The translations under genes and the position numbers were made by a program. This document shows, piece by piece, positions 1-8,350 of a DNA stretch of 24,031 bases. Position 1 is the stretch's first letter; every line of letters begins with the position of its first letter. Source of the DNA: Salpingoeca rosetta (lineage: Eukaryota; Protista; Choanoflagellata); the NCBI GenBank assembly GCA_033442325.1, contig JAWQFM010000015.1, positions 665,986-690,016 of the forward strand. The letters are read 5' to 3'. The notes beneath the pieces are model-generated. The model had not been told where the DNA came from, made no database searches, and saw only the letters and a program-made list of their open reading frames with translations.

Positions 1-95
1 CTATCTGGCCCCCCTCACATTTCAGCCTCACCAACACAAAATAAAAAAACTACCAGGACATGGCTACGCAAACCTTTGTCGGGCAATGGATGACT

Positions 96-128
<33 letters not shown>

Positions 129-206
129 ACACAAACACACACACGTATACACACGCAAGCACGCAAGCACACACACACACACGTCAACACAGCCAACAAC
201 AGCAGC

Positions 207-1958
207 ATGCACGAAGAACAACAACACCAGACACAAGCAGGCGACGCCGTCCCGGCCCAGCGTAGCCCTCCCCAAACTCAACACCACGACGACATGGGCA
301 AAGATGCAGGCGACGCAGCAAGCACAAGCACAGCAAACAGCACAAGCATGGCAAGCAGCAGCCCAAAGCACCCAAATCGCGGCATGTTTGTTGCCTACGG
401 AGAGGGTGTGCGCACCAGGTGCATGCATCACCAAACGAGCTCGACAACACACGTTCTCTCCTTCGACAAAATCAGCGACGACAACACCGTTGAGCATGGG
501 AGCGGACAGTATTGCGTGCGGCGCCCGCCCGTTTTGGCGCGCATTGCGCAGAGCGACCCCAGCAACATCACCTGCACCCTGCAGACATCACCCACCGTGC
601 TGACCGTCACAGGTGTCACACGTGAGCAGGCGGCTGCGCTGGCAGAAGAGTGCACCAGCGAGCTCATGGAGGCGTACTGCGACGCCGTCATGTTAGATGG
701 TGGTTCATACGACCTCAACTTCTACATGCACCGCTTCTTCGATGAGGGCGAAGACGGTGGTGAACGTGTGCATGACGCCCACGAACGCGCTGCCTCTGCA
801 CACGCCAGTGACACCAACACCAGTACTTGCAGTGAGCACAGCACCGCCAACAGCAACGATGTCAACTCAAGCACTTGCAGTGAGCGCAGCACCGCCAGCA
901 GCAACGACAGTGGTAGTGATGATGTTCAGTCTGGGGAGGAGGCGAGCGATGTTGGTGGTGGTGGTGATGGTGGTGTTCACAGCACGAGCCAGAGCAGCGG
1001 CAACGACAGCGACAGCATCACTGCCAAGCAAGATTCTGCAGAGCCACCAGCAGCTGCGCGCATGTGCATGCAGGCCATCCCCGTCAACATTGCGGGGATG
1101 CACGGCGACTTCAAGCTGGAGGACGATGACGAGAATTTCGCGCTCGTCGCTGCTGCCATCCGCCGCGCCCTGGACCGGCTGCAGTACACGAAGGACACGG
1201 AGTTTGCTGCAGTGGGTCCGAAGTTGCTGTTGGACTGACGACGNNNNNNNNNNNNNNNNNNNNNNNNNNNNNNNNNNNNNNNNNNNNNNNNNNNNNNNNN
1301 NNNNNNNNNNNNNNNNNNNNNNNNNNNNNNNNNNNNNNNNNNNNNNNNNNNNNNNNNNNNNNNNNNNNNNNNNNNNNNNNNNNNNNNNNNNNNNNNNNNN
1401 NNNNNNNNNNNNNNNNNNNNNNNNNNNNNNNNNNNCTTCACGAAGTGCGGTCTGGTCGGTCGCAATGGGTGAGCTCCGAAGAGGCAGACGACGGGGCGCC
1501 GCTGCCGACTCTCGTATTCGTTCGAGTATCCAAGAAAAGTGAGTTGCACTGAGTTATCGTCTTCTTGGGTCTGGTAGTATTCCTGAGTTATGGGAGCCCC
1601 CGTGGAGTGGATTGTGGCGCGCTGGCTGTGATGGCTTGGTCGATGGCATCGAACCTCCTGTGACGTGTGTGATCGTGTGCTGTAAAGTGACAGACAACAC
1701 GCTGCTCACCCTGTGTTTGCGACTCCTTTATGCGGGGCTTGCTCGCACCTTGTTCTCTTTCTCCTGCACTGTCTTACTTACCTCCGCACACAACACAACA
1801 CAACACAACACAACACAACACAACACAACACAACACACGTGATGCAGCAAGGGTACGACTCCGAAGGCCGCTGTCTGAAATGCCAGCCTTTCTTGTGTTA
1901 TGGAGACTATTACATAGGCTGCGAAGAGTGCTATCGCTTGAGGCCCGACCGCGACTAA
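207..1958 (+). CDS. Uncharacterised protein, copy A (2 exons: 207-1538 spanning the N gap, and 1848-1958); C-terminal CxxC-x12-CxxC module
   Basis: Starts MHEE like copy B and is near-identical to copy B from ~387 to 1243. Donor GTGAGT at 1539; acceptor ATGCAG ends 1847. Last exon reads QGYDSEGRCLKCQPFLCYGDYYIGCEECYRLRPDRD*. The stop at 1238 and the indels after 1436 lie next to the gap and are probably read-end errors. Confidence 0.6.
1244..1435. other. Assembly gap (192 N)
   Basis: Run of N in the sequence. Confidence 1.
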
Positions 1959-2592
1959 CTGTGCTTTTGCATGCGTGTGCAGGCGTGTGTGGGTCTGTGC
2001 GCTGTTTGTTCGTGCCTCGGCATTGTTTGTTTGCCTCCCGCTTTCGTTGATGTGGTCTGGTCAGATGCCTCCTTTCGTTGACGTGATTATGGCGACATGA
2101 GGCAGACGTTATTCACAATTACAACACCAGCACTCAAGCGCTTGTGCGGTCATGCTCATGCCGCACGTCCTTCAATTGCCCCCACACGGGTCATGTTCGT
2201 GGTGACTGAGAGCTGTTCACATCGCATCACAACAACCAGCGTTTATTGTTCACACACGCACACACGACGTGGCACAGGCGTACACAGATCAAACAAACTG
2301 TCAAGCCATTGAACTCCAGACCACACATGCTGAAAGGCTGGGTTATATGTGCAAGTCCAACACTGGAAGGCGAGATGGCAAAGAAGGAAGGGGGCACGGT
2401 GGAACACAACGAAGCACAACATAGCAGGAAGCAGAAGAACCACAACAAGTTTCAGGCAGGCTAAAGAGCGAAGCTGCGGTGTCGGACGAATGCTTGGCGA
2501 CGGCGATGGAGACTTGGCGTTCCAAGGAAAACGGCAACAAACACAGAGCGAGTAGTCCTGTGCTGCTCACCGCAGTGCACCCGCAACGATGT

Positions 2593-3423
2593 TCACTCAA
2601 GGCCGAGCGCAGTGACCCCCAGTGCGCTGCACACGTGCGTGCAGCTTGGGCACACGGGCCAGTGGCTTACGACCAGGATGTCGTCGTCTCCCGCCTCCTT
2701 GTGCAGCGCAAGTTGCACTTCACAGTGGAACGCAGCTTTCGCGCACCGCGCAAGGATATCAGCCACATCCTGCTCCTTCGTCTCGATGTCAACAAACAGC
2801 TGCTCGAACTGCTCATTGGTCGTGTTGTTAATGATGTCCTGCAAGACACTGCTTGCGTACTCGTCTGGGCGCGTGCCGTACTCCCCAAGAAGGTCCCTCG
2901 TGTCGGCAACGTTGTCCACTTTTAGGGCGGCGTGAAGCGCAACGCCGAGTATGACATCGCGGCATGGATGCGGCTGTTGTTGCTGTTGTTGTTGCAGGCG
3001 GCGGAACGTGTCTGCAGGATCTGCGTCGGCAGCCTCATCTTCCACCGTCAGCACGCGCGCCACCGCAAGTATGGCGTCGAAGATCCTTGAAGGGCGCGTG
3101 GGGAACACGTCAGAAAAGGCAATCTTGAGCTGGTGGTGCTGGTAGGTGAAGAGCGTGGAGGTGCTTCCAGCGGCATGACGACGCACGAAGAACTCGTGCG
3201 GGACGCGCACGGTGATGAAGCGGTTGCTGTCGAACAGGGCTCTGCTGCAGGCAATGCCGACGTTGACGCCGCTCCTGTACTCAGGATTGGACTTGCGCAT
3301 CAAGGTGACGCGGTGCCGTTGGATGATCTTGACCATGCCTGGCAGCGAGCCACGCACCACATGAACCACACCGTCCTCAGTGTCGACCGTGGCGAGGGGA
3401 ACCAGGGATGCCGCAGAGCCCAT
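2593..3423 (-). CDS. Intronless 276-aa protein with N-myristoylation-type N-terminus and C-terminal zinc-dependent deaminase-like motif
   Basis: Clean non-repetitive ORF starting MGSAAS (MGxxxS). C-terminal FHCEVQLALHKEAGDDDILVVSHWPVCPSC at 2641-2730 fits the HxE ... P-x-CxxC pattern of the cytidine deaminase-like superfamily. The CDS is well supported; the function is inferred from the motif. Confidence 0.7.
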   Translation of the reverse strand: MGSAASLVPLATVDTEDGVVHVVRGSLPGMVKIIQRHRVTLMRKSNPEYRSGVNVGIACSRALFDSNRFITVRVPHEFFVRRHAAGSTSTLFTYQHHQLKIAFSDVFPTRPSRIFDAILAVARVLTVEDEAADADPADTFRRLQQQQQQQPHPCRDVILGVALHAALKVDNVADTRDLLGEYGTRPDEYASSVLQDIINNTTNEQFEQLFVDIETKEQDVADILARCAKAAFHCEVQLALHKEAGDDDILVVSHWPVCPSCTHVCSALGVTALGLE

Positions 3424-3566
3424 CGTTGCTGTTGCGGCAGTGCTGGTGTGGAGGACGTTGGTGCTGTGTATGCATGTGGGCGACAGCGGAGCACCGCCAA
3501 GGCCGATGTTTGCGCAGACGAGACGGCCCGCATTGCGCTAGAACTCTACTCAAACCATCGCTCCGA

Positions 3567-3593
3567 TTCAAACTCAAAGTTTTCCCGCCAAAA
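3567..3593 (-). promoter_or_regulatory. Candidate E2F site followed by CHR-like elements upstream of the 276-aa ORF
   Basis: Minus strand reads TTTTGGCGGGAAAA-C-TTTGAG-TTTGAA about 145-170 nt upstream of the ATG at 3423. Matches the E2F consensus (TTTSSCGC-type) and CHR (TTTGAA). Confidence 0.35.
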
Positions 3594-3721
3594 ACAACGT
3601 GCTGTGCTGTACGAGTTGTTGCGCCTTTGATATGCTGTCCTGTGTCTGTACTTCACTCAGACCCGCTGGGTTTTATTGTTTGGTGTCGAAAGCTGCCCGG
3701 CCAGTTGAAGAACGACAGCAT

Positions 3722-3722
<1 letters not shown>

Positions 3723-3801
<79 letters not shown>
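3723..3801. repeat. (GT)n microsatellite
   Basis: Perfect GT run. Confidence 0.95.
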
Positions 3802-3803
<2 letters not shown>

Positions 3804-4106
3804 CACTTTGTGCGCTTGCGTGTGTGCGCGGGTGAGTGCAAGCACGGGTGGGTGTGGGGTCTGAGGCACACAGTACCACGGCAGGGGGGCTGAAAACCAC
3901 TCACGCTTATGCGATCGTGTGACTAGGTGTGTGTGTGTGTGTGAGTGTGTGAGTGTGTGTGTGTGTGTGAGCGTGTCTGTGTGTGAGTGTGTGCGCGACC
4001 ATATTGATAATAGCCTTGGGTTCAAGCCTGTCTGCACACACGGTCAACATGCATGCTGCATGCACATGCGAGCAGCGTGTGGCATCCCACTTTCTTTTCA
4101 GCTCAC

Positions 4107-4163
4107 TGTGCTGTCTCTGTCTGTGCTGTCTCTGTCTGTACTGTCTCTGTCTGTGCTGTCTGT
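4107..4163. repeat. 15-bp tandem repeat (CTGTGCTGTCTCTGT), ~3.5 units
   Basis: Directly visible; gives the repeated RQHRQ/STDRD peptides in the ORF track. Confidence 0.85.
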
Positions 4164-4958
4164 TTTGCTGCAGTCGCGATTGCGCTGTGTGCAGGTGGCT
4201 GTCGAAGCAGAGCGACTTGCGTCGGTTGAGCAGCAGGTGGAAGGGCCACGGACTGCCATTCTCAGTTGCGCTTGCGTGTCGCTCTGTCCTCGTGAATGCC
4301 AAGTCCATTTGAACGAGCGCACGATTCGCGGTTGGTTGCGGCAGCAGTCCAACCTGGCGGTGGGCTGTAAGAGGTGGTGGTGGTAACGACCGTGAGCTGA
4401 GTTGACGATGAACCAAAACAAAAAAGATTTGGACATGGCAGACGCGATGGTGGTCGTTAGTGGTCGGGAAAGTCAAGGCAAGAGAGAGAGTGTGTGTGTC
4501 TGGAGAAGCGCTTGCGCTCCAGCGCGTACAATGTGCGGGCAGACGCATGGAGGGCCAGTGAGAACTTACGGTTGTCATTTGTGGCTTTCATAGCCATTGA
4601 CTGTGAACAAACATATGCTGTCCGTGCTCGTTACCACCGTTTGATTTCAGCATCTGCACCGCAGTTGAAGAGGGAACCATATGGCCAGAGCATGAAAGTT
4701 GTGAGCGAAGCAGGTGGAAGGATGAGAAGGCATCTGGCAGCCGCAATCACATCCAGGGAGAACATGCACAGGGACGCGCACGTCCACAGCAGACTGTATA
4801 CTCGTACACACGCACACGCAGAGACATCATCGACACAAAGACGCAAGCAGACAGACAGACAGACAGACAGACACACACACACACACACAGATAAACACAC
4901 ACACACACACACAGGTAAACACACACACAGATAAACACACACACACACACAGACACAC

Positions 4959-4998
<40 letters not shown>

Positions 4999-5001
4999 GA
5001 C

Positions 5002-5158
5002 CTGCGTTGGATGGAGACGGAGCGACGGAGACAGGCGATGGACACATGGAGGCATCACGGATGCCCAGCAAGCAGATGGGACAGCGAAGGAGATTGTCCG
5101 GCTTGTGCACAAACATGGCTTCATCCCAGCCTGCGACATCTTCCTCCGCCACGTCCAT
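5002..5158 (-). pseudogene. Frameshifted RING-finger (TRAF-type N-terminal RING-like) first exon
   Basis: [40 protein letters not shown], then a different frame gives [12 protein letters not shown] up to an AG|GTCGGG donor and a (GT)n tract. The expected GHxFC segment is missing and no convincing exon with the last CxxC was found. Confidence 0.45.
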
Positions 5159-5615
5159 AGCCCCTGTTGATGATGTTGCTGCTATGTAATTGCTGTTGTC
5201 TTGCAAGTGAGCCACACCTGTGTCCTGCACAACAGCCACCAACAGTCACATCATATCACATCAGCTTGTATGAAGGGGTAAGAGCGAGACACACACACCC
5301 ACATAGGCACACAGACACACACACAGACACAGACACACACAGACACACACACCCAGGCAGACACACACACACACACACACATACACAGACACACATAGTG
5401 GCAGCTGAACCATCGCCCGGCCTCCCACGCTGACTGTAAGTGTGAAGCAGCCACGCACCTCGCTCCAAGAACGTGTGTGCTGTCGACCACCTCGACACAG
5501 ACACAGCGTTGTTTGCCCTGCTGATGAGTGTTGTTTGTTTGGCGCAAAAATCATCAAAACAGAGCGGAATGGTGGACGGCCCCAGCTGATGTGACAGTGA
5601 TGACATCGCACCTGC

Positions 5616-5680
5616 CGGCGGCGAAGGTGTGTTGCTTGCTCAGGCACGGCGGCGAAGGTGTGTTGCTTGCTCAGGCACGG
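5616..5680 (+). repeat. Perfect 31-bp tandem duplication containing a splice-donor-like AAG|GTGTGT
   Basis: CGGCGGCGAAGGTGTGTTGCTTGCTCAGGCA at 5616-5646 and 5647-5677. Confidence 0.9.
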
Positions 5681-5835
5681 TCGCTGCCCGTGTGCGAGCG
5701 CGCGTGCGTGTGTGTGGATGCGCGTAGGCGGGGTTGTGGGTGCTTTTCGTTCCTTTGTTGATGCGCTTTGTTGTCTCTTCTCTGTCGCCTGAGCGCTTAT
5801 CATGGAGTCAATGGCATTGCTGCTGTAGTGCAGGC

Positions 5836-6928
5836 ATGCGGTCTGAGATCCACCGCATGAACCTGAAGCTGCAGTCGATATTGCAGGAAAAGGAGGAGCT
5901 GATTACGGAGATGGAGCGGTGCGTCGACCGCCGCGGAAACATCGGTGCAAAGGCCCGCCTGCAGGCAAAGAAGGGCACAAACCACACACAGAGCATCCGC
6001 AAGGAGGTAACCTATGTGTGTGTGTGTGTGTGTGTGTGCGTCCGTGCGTGCGTGTGCGTGCGTGTGCGTGTATGTGTGTGTGTATGTGAGGCCGTGTGTA
6101 TGTGTGCATGTTCTGTGAGTGGGCTAGTGGCCGGGCGTACATGTGCTTTCATGGAAAGATGTGTGCGTGCATGTGTATATGTGCGTGTGCGTGAATGTGC
6201 GTGCTTGTATGTACTGATGCGCCACAGCGCTGTGCTCGCCACCACTATATCGCCTTTCATCCCCACGCGCGCACACTCACACACACACACACACACACAC
6301 TCACCACTCACACACACACATACTCCTCCACACACATACACACAACTCCCTACCTCCGCTCAACTTCCACCGCCACTGCCACCGGGCGCAACAGGTGATG
6401 GATCTGAAGAAGCGGGTGAAGACGGCGCTGTCGGACATTCGTCTGTGCGAAGAAGAGATTGACCTCAAGCAGCAGCGGCAGGACGAGGTGCGACCACACA
6501 AATGCGGTTTTCCTTGGCGTCGGCATACACACATACACACACACATGCGCACGCACACACAGACACGCACACACAGACATGCACACACATACGCACACAT
6601 GCGCACACCAACCAAGGCGACTCCTTTCTCCTGCACGTGTCCCGACTCCACCGCAACCGTCACCACCATCACCACCAACATCACCAAAAACACTACCACC
6701 GGTCTCACCAACACCACCCACCACCACCATAGGTGCACCGCGCGCTGCGGGAACGGCAGGAGCGGTTCCGAGCGCTGCGCCAACACCTTGACGAGCTGGC
6801 GTCCATGAAGCGGCAGAAGATGCGGCAGCGCATGCACAACCTGGAGGACGTTGTTGATGCGCAGGCCGCTCTCAAGCACTACCAGGCCGTCACCAAGGGC
6901 AGCCTCAAGCTCCGCTTCAAGGTACACG

Positions 6929-6959
<31 letters not shown>

Positions 6960-7810
6960 ACATGTGTGCCCCGAGCTGGCGTGGCGTCGCAGCTGCCGCA
7001 CATGCGCACGAGCATGTCCCTGTTTCCTCATATGCTTGCGTGCTTGTATGTATGTGTGACTGTGTGTGTGTGTGCATGTCGGTGCCTGCCTTGCCCATCT
7101 TGGCCGTGCATGTGTGATGATGCTGCGTCGTGTTTGTCGTGTGACCTGCGTTGTCTGCACTGTGCTGATGCTGACGTGTGTTGATTGCGGTGCAGGATGC
7201 GTCGAGCTACGAGCGCAGCATCGACAAGCAGATGACAACGCTGCAGCACCTCGGTGCCATCATCGGTGAGGGCACGGAGAACGAGGGCTTGTGACTGCCG
7301 TGTGTGTCATGGCGTCCATCCGGTGGCTATCAGACACACGCACACACTCACACATGGACACCAAATGTACACACACACATATGTATCGATTGCAACGGGT
7401 GTTTTGTGCTTGGTGCATGATTGTGGGTGCGTTTTGAACCTACCGCTCACACACACACACACACACAACCATCACGCACACAACCATACACGCACACACA
7501 CACACACACACACGCACGCACGCACACACACACACACACAAACACAACCATACACGCACGCACACACAACCACCTGCAACATCCACCGTCATGCACGCCA
7601 GACTACTTGGTGCGGGAGTACCCTGATCTTGAAGAGTCGTTTGCATCTGTGCGGGACACGCTGGGGTTCAAGCTGAGCAAGTTCCGGCGGGCAACAGCGG
7701 ATATGAGGGGCGCTGACGGTGGGGATGACGACATTGAGGAGGATGCCACTTCCATGGCCGACACGACCATCACCGCCACCAGCGCTGGCAGCAGGCGATC
7801 GAACCGTTGA
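5836..7810 (+). CDS. CCDC40: CCDC40 (FAP172)-like C-terminal region, 5 exons; 5'-truncated
   Basis: Exons 5836-6006, 6395-6487, 6733-6921, 7196-7265, 7602-7810 have GT-AG borders and consistent phase (243 aa from Met 5836). MRSEIHRMNLKLQSILQEKEELITEMERCVDRR...HNLEDVVDAQAALKHYQAVTKG...IIDYLVREYPDL is collinear with the CCDC40 C-terminus as I recall it (EIHRM...QEKMIRAME..V.RR, QNLSEIV..Q..LKHLQAV..G, ILD....EYP). Confidence 0.75.
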
Positions 7811-8350
7811 TGAGTGGGCTGGGCATGTGTGCGTGTGTGTGTGTGTGTGTGTGCGCGCGCGCGCGTGTGTGTGTGTCTATGTCTGTGTGTGTGTGTGTGT
7901 CTATGTCTGTGTGTGTTGTACTGTGTGAAGAGGCACGCAGAAATGGGGTGTGACCCATGCATGGGTTGCTGTTTGTTGTTGTTGTTGCTGTCGTTTGCTG
8001 CTTGTGTTGGTGTCTCTCTCTCGCTCTCGCGCGCTCTGTGGCAATATAGAAGACAATGGGGACACAGTACTCTTCCATGCATTATGCCAAAAAGCTCGTG
8101 GATGAAGATTTGAAGAGATGATTGTCACACGTCATCGATGATGGTTTGTGTAAGATATTCAACAATGCTCCAGGCAAGCGTTCCTGTTGTGTAACACCCC
8201 TGATCGTTCAACCCCCTCTCTATTACGCACGCAGACGCACTCTCGTTCATGTCACACGCTGCCTTCGCGCAAGTGTCACACCACACCAAACAAGCACTCG
8301 CTACCCAACACAAGAAGCGCTACCATCCCAGCCCACCACCAGCCCACCAT

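Larger units (their letters stand above)
191..2109 (+). repeat. Direct segmental duplication, copy A (pairs with 8351-10691)
   Basis: 387-1243 matches 8551-9360 and 1436-2109 matches 10026-10691, including intron and 3' flank. The 5' ends are more diverged but alignable. Confidence 0.95.

Noticed and set aside
1236-1238. Stop codon ending the 392-aa ORF
   Set aside because: It arises from one missing T relative to copy B (GGACTGACG vs GGACTTGACG) a few bases from the gap; likely a sequencing error.
1878-1916. Hypervariable loop produced by the neighbouring deaminase or by a diversity-generating retroelement
   Set aside because: The 15 differences are 7 transitions and 8 transversions, not a deamination spectrum. 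No reverse transcriptase or template repeat is present in the window.
5616-5680. 31-bp repeat as a CRISPR array
   Set aside because: Only two abutting copies with no spacer, in a eukaryotic context.
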